Shown here: positions 7,661 to 18,099 of the stretch, in pieces
Position numbering within the stretch: the first letter of the stretch is position 1
Layout: each line of letters starts with the position of its first letter
Origin: a virus
Lineage: Duplodnaviria; Caudoviricetes
DNA length: 64,000 nucleotides
Reading direction: 5' to 3' (one strand)
IMG/VR virus record: IMGVR_UViG_3300027759_000043
Program-made: the position numbers and the translations under genes
The notes under the pieces: generated by a model
What the model saw: the letters and a program-made list of their open reading frames with translations, nothing else
Told to the model about the DNA's origin: nothing
Database searches by the model: none

Positions 7661-9813
7661 TGGCTACACAAATCACCCCAGAAGAAATTGACGCGATTTT
7701 TAGACAGTTCAACAAAGAATTTAACACTCTTGGTTACGTGACTGAAGAAACGGCCGAAAAATTTAGAGAAGCCCAACTTGGTATCAAAAATTATACCACT
7801 GAACTGAACAAGAGTATAAAACTGCTGGGGCAAGCATCACTTAATCTAGTCACTGCTTTTGGTAAAGGTGAGCAAGGTGCATCGATTTATAACCAGAGTC
7901 TCACAGCAGGTGCAAACGCAATTGATTCTTTCGCTGCCAAATTTGGAATAATTGGCGCAGTTGTTGGTACATTGGCTACCTCTATTGCCAAATATGTAAC
8001 AGCAGTCAATGAACAGAGTGACAAGTTGTTTGGTACATATCAGCAACTTAGTAAAGTTGGTGCCGCAGGTGCTGGCGGTCTAAAAGAAGTATTTGATAAC
8101 CTACATCAATTTGGTTATACCTTAAAGGACCTGGATCAGTTTGCCAACAGCATCAAGGCCAATGCAGAAACTCTAGCCTTGTACAATGGCACGGTGAATC
8201 AAGGTACCAAGGCGTTTGCCCAAGTCACTCAAGGATTCAAAGACAGCGGACTACAAACACAGTTTCGCCTCATGGGTCTTTCAATTGCAGATATCAATCA
8301 AGGCATAGCAGGCTATCAACGTATACAAGTACTAAGTGGTTCAACACAACGCAAAACCACTGCAGAATTAGTGCAAGGATCTGCTGAATATATCAAGCAG
8401 TTGGACTTGATTGCCAAACTCACAGGCAAGAGTGCTGAATCAATTCAGGCCGAACAAGAAGCCAGACTACAAGAGTCTCGCTATGCTGTTACCAGGCTTG
8501 AACTACAAGACAAAGCAGATGCTGCCAAGGCGGTTGGAGATAAAGAAACAGCCAAACGTTTTACCGATACTATAGCGGCCATGGATCTCTTGCTGGCACA
8601 AGCACCTGATAAATTGAAATCTGGCATAACAGGCCTATTGACTGGATTTGTGGGATCCTCTAAAGAAAGCGAACAATTGTTTCGGGCTGCCAGTGGTGCC
8701 GCTACAGAATTACTGGGAGTAAAAAATAGAGGACTAACAATAGAGGAAGTTGGTCCTTTACTGGATCGATTCAAGAAAGAGGGAACATCTACAGTAAGAG
8801 GATTTACTGGCCAATATCAGTTCCAAGGCAGAGGCGATGAGATGTTTGGCCAAGCCGCTGGGTTACTGGGGATAGGTACAGAGAGAGCAAAGGCAGTCAA
8901 AGACGCCATTAACCAACAAAAAGATCAAACTACCAATATAGAAGACAGTGTGTTGGCACAAGTTCGCATGCGACAAGCACAAGAGTCAACAACTCGAAGC
9001 ATGGAAGCATTTAAAGATCTTGGCATCAAGCCAGTGACCAGTGCAATGGAAAATCTCAGCAGTGCTATTGACAAGGTTACTGAAGCAATTGTTCCTGGTA
9101 CCAGTGCGGCAGGCGGAAAGGCGTCCCCTAGCCGAGGTGGCAGTGGCGGCGGCTCTTCATCGTTGCTAGACATTATTGGACGAGGGGAAAGTGGTGGCAA
9201 CTACAATGCACTAGTAGGTGGTGGCGAGGCCAATCTTACTAACATGACCATTGCTGAAGTACAAAAGTTTCAAAGTACCATGCGAGCCCAAGGTCGTGCC
9301 AGTACAGCAGTTGGCAAGTATCAGATGATTGCTGCCACCCTGGCAGAGCAAGCAAAAAAAGCCGGACTAGATCCAAATACTACTAAATTTGATCAAAAAA
9401 CACAGGACTTGTTGGCATCACAATTGGTCAAGCAAGCAGGACTTGGCAGTAGAGATCCAGCAACTGTGATGAAAAATCTTGCTGGCACCTGGGCCAGTTT
9501 ACCGCAAAACATGTCAGGTCAAGGTCGTTACGATGGATACAATACTAATCGTGCCAATATTAATCCTAATGATTTAATGGCGGCTATACAAAGTGGCCCT
9601 AACGACCGTTATTCATCTGCATTGTCATCAATTGCGTCTCAGATTCCAAAATCTATGGCCCCGGGTACGGAGGCGACTTTTGCAGGTAACTTAGAACGTA
9701 GAAATTCTGATGACATGTTAAAAATAAGCATAGCAAAACAAGACGAAATGATTGCATTGTTAAAAGCCAACAATAGCCAAAATCAAAAGATGATTCAGGT
9801 CGCTCGCAACTAA
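7660..9813 (+). CDS. Tape-measure-like tail protein with C-terminal lysozyme/lytic transglycosylase domain
   Basis: Long Ala/Gln/Lys-rich helical region, GS linker, then LLDIIGRGESGGNYN...STAVGKYQMIAATL lysozyme-like motifs. Confidence 0.8.
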   Translation: MATQITPEEIDAIFRQFNKEFNTLGYVTEETAEKFREAQLGIKNYTTELNKSIKLLGQASLNLVTAFGKGEQGASIYNQSLTAGANAIDSFAAKFGIIGAVVGTLATSIAKYVTAVNEQSDKLFGTYQQLSKVGAAGAGGLKEVFDNLHQFGYTLKDLDQFANSIKANAETLALYNGTVNQGTKAFAQVTQGFKDSGLQTQFRLMGLSIADINQGIAGYQRIQVLSGSTQRKTTAELVQGSAEYIKQLDLIAKLTGKSAESIQAEQEARLQESRYAVTRLELQDKADAAKAVGDKETAKRFTDTIAAMDLLLAQAPDKLKSGITGLLTGFVGSSKESEQLFRAASGAATELLGVKNRGLTIEEVGPLLDRFKKEGTSTVRGFTGQYQFQGRGDEMFGQAAGLLGIGTERAKAVKDAINQQKDQTTNIEDSVLAQVRMRQAQESTTRSMEAFKDLGIKPVTSAMENLSSAIDKVTEAIVPGTSAAGGKASPSRGGSGGGSSSLLDIIGRGESGGNYNALVGGGEANLTNMTIAEVQKFQSTMRAQGRASTAVGKYQMIAATLAEQAKKAGLDPNTTKFDQKTQDLLASQLVKQAGLGSRDPATVMKNLAGTWASLPQNMSGQGRYDGYNTNRANINPNDLMAAIQSGPNDRYSSALSSIASQIPKSMAPGTEATFAGNLERRNSDDMLKISIAKQDEMIALLKANNSQNQKMIQVARN

Positions 9814-9829
9814 CGATAAATAATACACT

Positions 9830-11608
9830 ATGGCTTCTTGGAAAAAATATTTTAAAGTTGCTGATCTCTCAGGTCAGATGAGTCCTATTTCAGGCGGCAG
9901 AGATAGTGGCCTGCCTGGATATCCCAAAAATGATGGTCGCGGATCAAACCCGGCGCAGACAGATTTTGCGTTTCGTAACTATGCGTCGCGCTTGCCCGAA
10001 GTGTATTCTGGACACCCCAACCGAATTGAACGCTACAATCAATATGAGAACATGGATGCTGACTCTGAAGTCAACGCCTGTTTAGACATCATTGCTGAGT
10101 TTTCCACACAACTCAATGAAGACAACAACACCCCATTTGAAATCAAGTATTCAGATGAACCTACTGATCATGAAATTGAAATTATCCGTAAGCAAATGCA
10201 ACAGTGGGTCAAACTCAACAAACTAGATCAGCGTATCTTCAAACTGTTCCGCAACACCATCAAGTACGGAGATCAAATTTTTGTTCGTGACCCAGAAACA
10301 TTTGAAATGTACTGGGTAGACATGAGTAAACTCAGTAGAGTTATTGTAAACGAGTCAGAAGGCAAGAGACCTGAGCAGTACATTATTCGTGACATCAACC
10401 CCAACTTCCAGAATCTAACAGTGGCTGCAAAGACCACAACAGACTTCATGGTCAACCCGCCCACAGGTGGTGGCTACCAGCAAGGCGGCGGATATACTCA
10501 GCCAAATACTGCTATGACAGGAACCAGTAGATTCAGTCGTGCTGTAAACGAAACCTGTATTGATGCCAAGCACGTGGTGCATATGAGTCTAAACGAAGGT
10601 TTAGACACATTTTGGCCATTTGGCAAAAGCATTTTGGAAAACATTTTCAAAGTATTCAAACAAAAAGAATTACTAGAAGATGCGCTATTAATCTATCGTG
10701 TGCAACGTGCGCCTGAGCGCAGAGTATTTAAAATTGACGTGGGCAACATGCCAAGTCACTTGGCCATGCAGTTTGTAGAGCGTGTAAAAAACGAAATGCA
10801 TCAGCGTAGAATCCCCACATTTGGCGGTGGTGGCGGCAACATCATGGATTCAAGTTATAATCCACTATCAATCAACGAAGACTTCTTCTTTCCCACAGGC
10901 GCAGACGGACGTGGATCAAGTGTAGACGTGTTGCCCGGCGGTCAAAATCTGGGCGAAATTGACGATTTAAAGTATTTTAACAACAAAATGGCTCGTGGTT
11001 TACGTGTACCCAGCAGTTACCTGCCCACTGCCCCTGATGACTCGGAGCGCACAATGCAGGATGGTAAAGTGGGCACAGCACTGATTCAAGAGTATAGATT
11101 CAACCAGTATTGTGAGCGTTTGCAAGCACTTATTATGCAGAAACTGGATGATGAATTCAAGATGTTCCTGCGTTGGAGAGGCTTTAATATTGATGCTGGC
11201 CTGTTCCAACTCAAGTTTAATCCACCACAAAACTTTGCAAGTTATCGTCAAGCCGAGATGGATACGTCACGTATCAGTAGTTTTACTAGCCTAGAACAGT
11301 TGCCTTACATGAGCAAGCGTTTTATGTTAGAGCGTTTCTTGGGATTGAGCAAGGACGAAATTGAACAAAACGAAAAAATGTGGCGTGAAGAACGTGACAA
11401 ACCTGAACTACAAACCACACAAGGACAGGATCTACGCAGTATTGGTATTACTCCAGCAGGCATGGAAACTGATATTGCCACAGGCGAAGAAATGGCCAAT
11501 CTACAAGCACCCGGTGCAGAAGGTGGCTTACCGGCCGCCCCTGCTGGCGGCGTAGGTGGTACATTACCAGGTGCAGGGGCACCAGCGGCAGCGCCAGCAG
11601 GATTATAA
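9830..11608 (+). CDS. gp20: Portal protein (T4 gp20 family)
   Basis: LLEDALLIYRVQRAPERRVFKIDVGNMP, EDFFFP, LPGGQNLGEIDDLKYF. Confidence 0.97.
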   Translation: MASWKKYFKVADLSGQMSPISGGRDSGLPGYPKNDGRGSNPAQTDFAFRNYASRLPEVYSGHPNRIERYNQYENMDADSEVNACLDIIAEFSTQLNEDNNTPFEIKYSDEPTDHEIEIIRKQMQQWVKLNKLDQRIFKLFRNTIKYGDQIFVRDPETFEMYWVDMSKLSRVIVNESEGKRPEQYIIRDINPNFQNLTVAAKTTTDFMVNPPTGGGYQQGGGYTQPNTAMTGTSRFSRAVNETCIDAKHVVHMSLNEGLDTFWPFGKSILENIFKVFKQKELLEDALLIYRVQRAPERRVFKIDVGNMPSHLAMQFVERVKNEMHQRRIPTFGGGGGNIMDSSYNPLSINEDFFFPTGADGRGSSVDVLPGGQNLGEIDDLKYFNNKMARGLRVPSSYLPTAPDDSERTMQDGKVGTALIQEYRFNQYCERLQALIMQKLDDEFKMFLRWRGFNIDAGLFQLKFNPPQNFASYRQAEMDTSRISSFTSLEQLPYMSKRFMLERFLGLSKDEIEQNEKMWREERDKPELQTTQGQDLRSIGITPAGMETDIATGEEMANLQAPGAEGGLPAAPAGGVGGTLPGAGAPAAAPAGL

Positions 11609-11611
11609 ATA
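11604..11611 (+). promoter_or_regulatory. T4-type late promoter TATAAATA
   Basis: Perfect T4 late consensus containing the portal stop codon, 4 nt before ATG 11616. Confidence 0.8.
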
Positions 11612-11615
11612 CAGT

Positions 11616-11834
11616 ATGATCCTGAATGAAATTTACGACCGAGCACCAGCAGGCTACCAAGATGTTGCAGCCGACAACACCCAGCCTCATCTGGGACAAC
11701 TGCGTAAAACCAAACTCACTCTCAAGCAGTTGAACAAACTGCGCAGAATGCAAGATACTCGCACTTACGAATATGGTGAAAAACTCAAACTGATCCGCAA
11801 ACAGTATGCACCGCCAGCACAGCCTGCGATGTAA
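11616..11834 (+). CDS. Small head-region protein (72 aa)
   Basis: MILNEIY... start directly behind the late promoter; basic helical C-half. Confidence 0.75.
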   Translation: MILNEIYDRAPAGYQDVAADNTQPHLGQLRKTKLTLKQLNKLRRMQDTRTYEYGEKLKLIRKQYAPPAQPAM

Positions 11835-11955
11835 AAAAACTGTCATTTATTGCAAAAAATCCACCATAAACCGCTAAGTTTTTGCCTTTAAAGTAAATAT
11901 AGGTATAGATCTGCCATGCGGGCAGAACTACCCAACACACCTATAGGAGTTATAA

Positions 11956-12783
11956 ATGAGCAAAAACCGTTTTGAACAATTGATCGAATACGTGATCAAT
12001 GATGAAGAAGCCAAAGCAAAAGAACTTTTCCACCAAATCGTTGTGGAAAAAAGTCGTGCTATCTATGAAGACCTCATGGATGAAGACACAGTAGAAGAAG
12101 AACTCGAAGAAGACAATGCCATGGGCGAAGAGCCTACTGAAATTGACACAAACGTAAGTGAAACATTGGGCGGAAGCCAAGCCCAAGACATGATCGACGA
12201 CGTGGAAATGGAAGAACAAGGCATGAGCGAAGACGACAGCGATGTTGAGTTTGATGACGAGGCTGAAAAAGCCGGCAAAGACATGACACACGATATTGAA
12301 GACGAACATGATGATGGCGAACTCGAAAATCGCGTGGTTGATTTGGAAGACAAACTTGACGAACTCATGGCAGAATTTGAAGCCATGATGGACGGTGGTG
12401 ATGCTGGTGACATGGGCGACACACCTGACATGACTGACATCGAAGTTCAAGACGATGAGTTTGAAACTGAAGGTGCTTTGATGCCAATGGAAGAAGCCAT
12501 TAACCTCAAGCAAGTACACCCTAAAGTTACTACACAAGAAGCACCTGGTACAGACACCAAGTCGACTGTTGCTGCCAATTCAGGCGCACGTGGTGCAATG
12601 GCACAACCAGTCAAAATGACCGGCGATACTGCACAAGGTCGTCCTGCTCCAACTACCAAAGACTTGATCGGCAAAGTAGGTAACTCACCTGCTCAAGGCG
12701 TACAAAGTCCCAAGGCAGCACCCAAGCCAGTGACATCACAAGCCGCAGGCGTGAACACACGTACACCTTTTCCAAAGGCTTAA
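11956..12783 (+). CDS. Acidic prohead core/scaffold-associated protein
   Basis: Very Asp/Glu-rich N-terminal two thirds, P/A/K/T-rich tail; lies between portal and protease; GGAG SD. Confidence 0.75.
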   Translation: MSKNRFEQLIEYVINDEEAKAKELFHQIVVEKSRAIYEDLMDEDTVEEELEEDNAMGEEPTEIDTNVSETLGGSQAQDMIDDVEMEEQGMSEDDSDVEFDDEAEKAGKDMTHDIEDEHDDGELENRVVDLEDKLDELMAEFEAMMDGGDAGDMGDTPDMTDIEVQDDEFETEGALMPMEEAINLKQVHPKVTTQEAPGTDTKSTVAANSGARGAMAQPVKMTGDTAQGRPAPTTKDLIGKVGNSPAQGVQSPKAAPKPVTSQAAGVNTRTPFPKA

Positions 12784-12789
12784 TCGGTC

Positions 12790-13437
12790 ATGAGATACCT
12801 ACAAGAGCATTTGAACTTTAATCAGGCCAAGATTCGCGTCTTGGTCGAGGATGCTCCTGACGGCAAAGGCCCATTCAACGGCAAGAACTTGTACATGGAA
12901 GGTATTTGTATTGAAGGCGGAGTAAAAAACGCCAACGAACGTGTGTACCCTGTGAATGAAATTGCCAAGGCTGTGGACACCATTAACAAACAAGTTATGG
13001 AAGGCTACAGCGTGATGGGCGAAGTTGATCACCCAGAAGATCTCAAAATCAACTTGGATCGCGTGAGTCACACCATTGACAAAATGTGGATGGATGGCCC
13101 TTGCGGTTACGGCAAGTTGAGAATTATTCCAACGCCAATGGGACAACTGGTCAAGACCATGTTGGATTCTGGCGTCAAACTCGGAGTTTCGAGCCGTGGT
13201 TCCGGTAACGTGAACGACGGCAACGGACATGTCAGTGACTTTGAAATTGTCACTGTCGATGTTGTTGCTCAACCCAGCGCCCCACATGCTTATCCCAAAG
13301 CCATATATGAAGGACTTCTCAACATGAAGTACGGTCATAGAGTTTTGGAAGTGGCAAGAGACGCAGGCAAGGACAGCAAGGTACAGAGATATTTGCAGAA
13401 CGAGGTAACTCGTTTGATCAAAGATCTCAAAATATAA
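12790..13437 (+). CDS. gp21: Prohead maturation protease (T4 gp21 family)
   Basis: NANERVYP, GEVDHP, GVSSRGSG, DVVAQPSAP. Confidence 0.95.
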   Translation: MRYLQEHLNFNQAKIRVLVEDAPDGKGPFNGKNLYMEGICIEGGVKNANERVYPVNEIAKAVDTINKQVMEGYSVMGEVDHPEDLKINLDRVSHTIDKMWMDGPCGYGKLRIIPTPMGQLVKTMLDSGVKLGVSSRGSGNVNDGNGHVSDFEIVTVDVVAQPSAPHAYPKAIYEGLLNMKYGHRVLEVARDAGKDSKVQRYLQNEVTRLIKDLKI

Positions 13438-13447
13438 GGAGTAAAGC

Positions 13448-14548
13448 ATGCTAGATGCTATTAAACCATTGCTTGATAGTGAACTGATCAACGAGGAAAC
13501 TCGCAGTGCTATCAGTGAGGCTTGGGATGCCAAACTTACTGAAGCACGTGAACAAGTTCGCGCAGAACTCCGCGAGGAATTTGCGCAACGCTATGAACAT
13601 GACAAGTCAGTGATGGTAGAAGCCTTAGACAAAATGGTAACAGAAGGTCTTGCCGCAGAAGTTCAAGCCGTGGCTGCTGAAAAGCAGGCGTTGGCAGAAG
13701 ACCGCGTTAAGTTCCAAGTCAAGATCAAAGAAGATGCTACTAAATTTAACAACTTCATGGTCACAAAATTGGCAGAAGAAATTAGCGAATTGCGTAAAGA
13801 TCGTAAGATGCACACAGAAGGCCTAGGTAAACTAGAGTCATTTGTGGTACATGCATTGGCCCGTGAAATTCAAGAATTTGCAACAGACAAACGTGACGTG
13901 GTAGAAACCAAGGTTCGTTTGGTCCGTGAAGCACGTAGCCAACTGGAAGGTCTCAAGACACGTTTCGTTAAGGAAAGTGCCGAGAAGATGAGCCAGGCTG
14001 TTAGCCGTCACCTAAAGGCTGAACTCACACAATTACATGAAGACATCCAAGTTGCTCGCGAGAACAATTTTGGTCGTCGTATCTTTGAAGCATACGCAGC
14101 CGAATTTGGTGCTACTCATCTCAATGAGAAAGCCGAAGTTCGTAAACTGCACAACATGATTGCCAACAAAGATCATCAATTGAGTGAAGCCATCAAACTC
14201 ACACAGAGAGCAAAAACTCTAGTTGAGTCCAAAGAACGTGAAATACGTATTATCAAGGAATCCAATGTGCGTCAAAACACTCTGGAAGAATTGCTCGCAC
14301 CTCTAAATGAAGAGAAGCGTGAAACAATGCGTAATTTACTCGAAAGCGTACAAACAGCCCGTCTGAATGCCGCATTTGAAAAGTATCTACCAGCCGTATT
14401 GGCCGAAGGCAAATCAACAAGTAGCCGTAAAGTGATTGTTGAAAGTGTGTCGGAAGTAACTGGTGATAAAACTGCCCGTAGCCAAGTAGAAGATAACGCT
14501 GATGACAACAGCAACGTTATCGCTATCAAGCGCCTGGCAGGCCTCTAA
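13448..14548 (+). CDS. gp22: Prohead scaffold protein (T4 gp22-like)
   Basis: Coiled-coil Glu/Ala/Lys-rich protein between protease and capsid genes; GRRIFEAY motif. Confidence 0.88.
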   Translation: MLDAIKPLLDSELINEETRSAISEAWDAKLTEAREQVRAELREEFAQRYEHDKSVMVEALDKMVTEGLAAEVQAVAAEKQALAEDRVKFQVKIKEDATKFNNFMVTKLAEEISELRKDRKMHTEGLGKLESFVVHALAREIQEFATDKRDVVETKVRLVREARSQLEGLKTRFVKESAEKMSQAVSRHLKAELTQLHEDIQVARENNFGRRIFEAYAAEFGATHLNEKAEVRKLHNMIANKDHQLSEAIKLTQRAKTLVESKEREIRIIKESNVRQNTLEELLAPLNEEKRETMRNLLESVQTARLNAAFEKYLPAVLAEGKSTSSRKVIVESVSEVTGDKTARSQVEDNADDNSNVIAIKRLAGL

Positions 14549-14569
14549 ACAAAGAAAAAGGAGACAGAA

Positions 14570-15781
14570 ATGTCAGAACAATTATTAGAAAGCCGCTGGG
14601 GCGAAACCAAAGAAGCATTGCTTGAAGGTTTGAACGGTTCCAAGCGCAACAGCATGAGTGTTATCCTCGAAAACACTCGCAAGTACTTGAAGGAAAACGC
14701 AAGTTCTGGTTCAACAGGCTCTGGTAACATTGCCACATTGAACCGTGTGATTTTGCCAGTTATCCGTCGTGTAATGCCAACAGTTATTGCTAACGAGTTG
14801 GTCGGCGTTCAGCCAATGACAGGCCCAGTTGGTCAGATCCACACTTTGCGTGTGCGTTATGCCAACAGCATGACTGACAACTCAGCAGCCGCCACAAGCA
14901 CTGCCGCTGGTCAAGAAGCATTGAGCCCATTCTTGATTGCTCAAGCATATTCTTCAGCATCTAGCGTAACTGCTGGTACTGTTGACGCAACACAGAACAT
15001 CTACTCTGGTGCTAATACATCAGTTTTAGAAGGTTCTGGTGGTCGTCAAATTTCCGTGCAAATCTTGAAGCAGGCTGTTGAAGCCAAGACTCGCAAGTTG
15101 CAAGCACGTTGGACATTTGAAGCCGCTCAAGACGCACAAGCAATGCATGGTATCGACGTAGAAGCCGAAATCATGGCTGCTTTGGCTCAAGAGATTACTG
15201 CTGAAATTGACCAAGAGATTCTTTTGAGTCTCCGTAGTTTGGCCGCAACTGAGTACACATACAACCAAGCAACTGTTTCAGGTACTGCTACATTCGTTGG
15301 TGACGAACATGCCGCTTTGGCTGTTTTGATCAATCGTGTTGCTAACTTGATCGCCCAACGCACACGTCGTGGCGCAGGTAACTACGCTGTTGTTAGTTCT
15401 GCAAGTTTGACAGTGTTGCAATCTGCAACTACTTCTGCGTTTGCACGTACTACAGAAGGTACTTTCGAAGCACCCACAAACACCAAGTTTGTTGGTACAT
15501 TGAACGGCGCTATGCGTGTGTTCGTTGACTCTTATGCAAGTGACACTACACCAGTGTTAGTTGGTTACAAGGGTTCTAGCGAAGCAGACGCTCCAGCATT
15601 CTACTGCCCATACATTCCTTTGATGTCAAGTGGTGTTGTGTTGGATCCAACAACCTTTGAACCAGTCGTGTCTTTCATGACACGTTATGGCTTCATCGAG
15701 TTAACCAACACTGCCAGTTCATTCGGCAATGCTGGTGACTATGTTGGTGAGATCGCTGTATCTAACTTGTCATTCTCCTAA
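14570..15781 (+). CDS. gp23: Major capsid protein (T4 gp23 family)
   Basis: VGVQPMTGPVGQIHTLR, AKTRKLQARWTFEAAQD, EITAEIDQEI, FYCPYIPL, MTRYG. Confidence 0.97.
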   Translation: MSEQLLESRWGETKEALLEGLNGSKRNSMSVILENTRKYLKENASSGSTGSGNIATLNRVILPVIRRVMPTVIANELVGVQPMTGPVGQIHTLRVRYANSMTDNSAAATSTAAGQEALSPFLIAQAYSSASSVTAGTVDATQNIYSGANTSVLEGSGGRQISVQILKQAVEAKTRKLQARWTFEAAQDAQAMHGIDVEAEIMAALAQEITAEIDQEILLSLRSLAATEYTYNQATVSGTATFVGDEHAALAVLINRVANLIAQRTRRGAGNYAVVSSASLTVLQSATTSAFARTTEGTFEAPTNTKFVGTLNGAMRVFVDSYASDTTPVLVGYKGSSEADAPAFYCPYIPLMSSGVVLDPTTFEPVVSFMTRYGFIELTNTASSFGNAGDYVGEIAVSNLSFS

Positions 15782-15820
15782 TCAGAGAACTCAACTTTCT
15801 CAGGGATGGGAAGGAAAAAC

Positions 15821-15845
15821 AAAAAGGCTCTTCGGAGCCTTTTTT
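15821..15845 (+). terminator. Rho-independent terminator after the capsid gene
   Basis: AAAAGGCTC-TTCG-GAGCCTTTT, UUCG loop, T-tract. Confidence 0.92.
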
Positions 15846-15861
15846 GTTGGCTAAGTATTCA

Positions 15862-16962
15862 ATGATATTAGTTAATGACCCTTATGATTTGATTCCAGAA
15901 CTGTTTGAAAACTTTTCTGAGTTTACTAAATCGATCAGGTCTGATGTTGATGTGCTACCAACTTTGTGCCCAGAAAGTTTTCAACAGTCAGAAAAACTAA
16001 CTATTTTAATACAACCTGAACCTACTATACATTGTGTTGATCAGATCTATATTAAACAAATTGCAAGTAAAACTAATGCCGTGTGGGCAGTAAGTGGGCA
16101 CGGAAAAATAGATAATTGGAAATTATCCCAATGGTTTGAATATTTTTCAAATCTCACAAGTACTGTAAGAGTCAATTCTGAATTACCAGCATTGGATCTA
16201 GGACATAAACCTTGCCTGGCGACAGCATTATTAGGAGGGTGGATGTATAACCGAGGACTACTATTAAAAGGATTAAAACAACAAGGATTAATTGATCAGT
16301 GTTTAGTAAACTATTACGAACGATCTCAAGAATCAATGGATCGTAGAAATCAACTACGGCTCCAACATCCTGACCTATATTTTAATATGAGGACACCAAT
16401 ATTATATCAAATTGATAATCCTGAATTTCAAAGCATAGCGTTTGACGATGAAACTTCAGGAAAATCACAATCGACAACAATAAACACATGTCGACCAATC
16501 CCAAACATGCGACCTTACCAGCACGGTTGGGTTAGTCAATTGATTCCTAGAAATATTTACAATTCAGCCTATATCAGCATAGTTGCTGAAACTGAAACTG
16601 TGGTAGCACCGGATACTTTTTTTATCAGCGAAAAGATCACTAGGCCGTTGTTGGTAGGACATCCGTTTGTGGTATTTGGTTGTACAGGATACTTACAATG
16701 TTTGCGTGATTTGGGTTTTCAAACATTCTCACCTTGGTTGGACGAAACATACGATCTTGTGACAGATACTGACAAACGTATAGACGCTATTGTTGACAGC
16801 GTTAAACAATTTTCACAGTTAAATGATTCTCAACGTCAACAGGCCTGTTTAGAAATGCAACCAGTAATTGAACACAATCGTAAGTTGGTAAAAGATCAGC
16901 GTTGGGGGTTTGGTCCAATTGCCAATGCAATCAAACACCACTTAAATTTTAAACCAGCCTAA
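15862..16962 (+). CDS. Glycosyltransferase-like hypothetical protein
   Basis: ATG 4 nt after TAAGTA; C-terminal ISEKITRPLLVGHPFVVFG...LRDLGFQTF, shared with 44939-45931 and reminiscent of GT10/exostosin-like domains. Confidence 0.55.
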   Translation: MILVNDPYDLIPELFENFSEFTKSIRSDVDVLPTLCPESFQQSEKLTILIQPEPTIHCVDQIYIKQIASKTNAVWAVSGHGKIDNWKLSQWFEYFSNLTSTVRVNSELPALDLGHKPCLATALLGGWMYNRGLLLKGLKQQGLIDQCLVNYYERSQESMDRRNQLRLQHPDLYFNMRTPILYQIDNPEFQSIAFDDETSGKSQSTTINTCRPIPNMRPYQHGWVSQLIPRNIYNSAYISIVAETETVVAPDTFFISEKITRPLLVGHPFVVFGCTGYLQCLRDLGFQTFSPWLDETYDLVTDTDKRIDAIVDSVKQFSQLNDSQRQQACLEMQPVIEHNRKLVKDQRWGFGPIANAIKHHLNFKPA

Positions 16963-18099
16963 GAACTTTTCAATCTTGGTCATTGGTGCTAACCAATCGC
17001 CATATTTTTCCTGACGGAATAGTCGAGCGGTAGTATACCAAGGTGAGTCATCACGATTTTGCATCCAGCGCCAGCATGGACCATAAGCATTGAGTGGAAT
17101 CCAAAGTGGACGGCCCATAGCACCTGCTAGGTGTGCGGCCGCCGTGTCTACAGAGATCACAAGATCCAAATGGTGCATTAATGCGGCTGTGTCAGCAAAG
17201 TCATTGATAGTGCCAGGATAACACTCTACACCTGCGGCCTTGATCACTGCTTCATCTTCAGGCAATGCATCAACTTGCAAACTAACCCATTGGTGTTCAG
17301 GAAACTTCCGCACAAGAGCAGCCATGGTTTCTGCTGGCATGCTCTTGTGTTGATTGATCCAGGAATCTTTGCGACCTGACCAAGCAACACCGATTCTCAT
17401 GCGATTTTTAGGAATACCTAGTCTTTCGGCCCATACTTTAACACGTTCTGGTTCAGGTTGCACATACTGCAAATAGTGTTGAACATTTTCTAACTTCATG
17501 TTTAACAGTCTAGGCAGGCTCATCATGGCCACCCAGTAGTCAAATTCGCCGATTACATCTTCTGTGTTGCAGGTTATGCCCACAATTGCTGGAGGAGTAT
17601 TGATCAACAAAGGTTTAATGCCCGGACTCACGTGGAGTCTAATCTTTGCACCCATGTCTTGAAGATTACCACAGAATCTCAAGAACTGAATCTGATCACC
17701 AAGTCCTTGTTCGCCAATGACCAGGATAGTTTTTCCGCGTAGATCCTCGCCTGACCATTCAGGACTAGGTAGTCGGGGCTTGGTTCCATCTAGGTGCTCA
17801 TAACGCCAGCGACTTTCGTACAGTCGCCAACCCTGTTCATAGTTGCCTAGCATGAGATGCGCCACCGCTAGATTAAATTCTGCTGTGACACTAGTGGGAT
17901 CTAATAGGCGTGCTGTTTCTAAAAATGGAATAGCACGTTGTGCATGACCCATCTCTCTCAGTACATTGCCATAGTTGTTAAAGGCACCCGAACTGTTGGG
18001 ATCTTGCACAAATGCTTGTGCATAAAATGCAATGGCCTGTTCGGGGTTGTGTTTTTCTCTGGCCAGGTTACCGCTGGCAATCAAGTCTTCAGTGTTCAT
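16942..18099 (-). CDS. TPR-repeat glycosyltransferase (GT9-like C-terminal domain)
   Basis: N-terminal TPRs (AFNNYGNVLREMG, AEFNLAVAHL), EQGLGDQIQFLRF, LDLVISVDTAAAHLAGAMG; ATG 5 nt after TAAATA. Confidence 0.85.
   Translation of the reverse strand: MNTEDLIASGNLAREKHNPEQAIAFYAQAFVQDPNSSGAFNNYGNVLREMGHAQRAIPFLETARLLDPTSVTAEFNLAVAHLMLGNYEQGWRLYESRWRYEHLDGTKPRLPSPEWSGEDLRGKTILVIGEQGLGDQIQFLRFCGNLQDMGAKIRLHVSPGIKPLLINTPPAIVGITCNTEDVIGEFDYWVAMMSLPRLLNMKLENVQHYLQYVQPEPERVKVWAERLGIPKNRMRIGVAWSGRKDSWINQHKSMPAETMAALVRKFPEHQWVSLQVDALPEDEAVIKAAGVECYPGTINDFADTAALMHHLDLVISVDTAAAHLAGAMGRPLWIPLNAYGPCWRWMQNRDDSPWYTTARLFRQEKYGDWLAPMTKIEKFLGWFKI

Noticed and set aside
7636-7833. N-terminal extensions given by the ORF track (also 1075, 7627, 11556, 15844, 18150, 28357, 39667, 44397, 46933, 50514, 54206, 56424)
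   Set aside because: They overlap neighbouring genes or promoters; downstream starts fit SD or promoter spacing better
11956-13533. Long minus-strand ORFs opposite the head genes (11950-12537, 12063-12440, 12799-13533)
   Set aside because: Ser/Phe-rich mirror of acidic plus-strand codons; no recognisable motifs
15785-15820. Small hairpin and purine-rich tract between the capsid stop and terminator
   Set aside because: Only a 5-bp stem; cannot be distinguished from chance without comparative data
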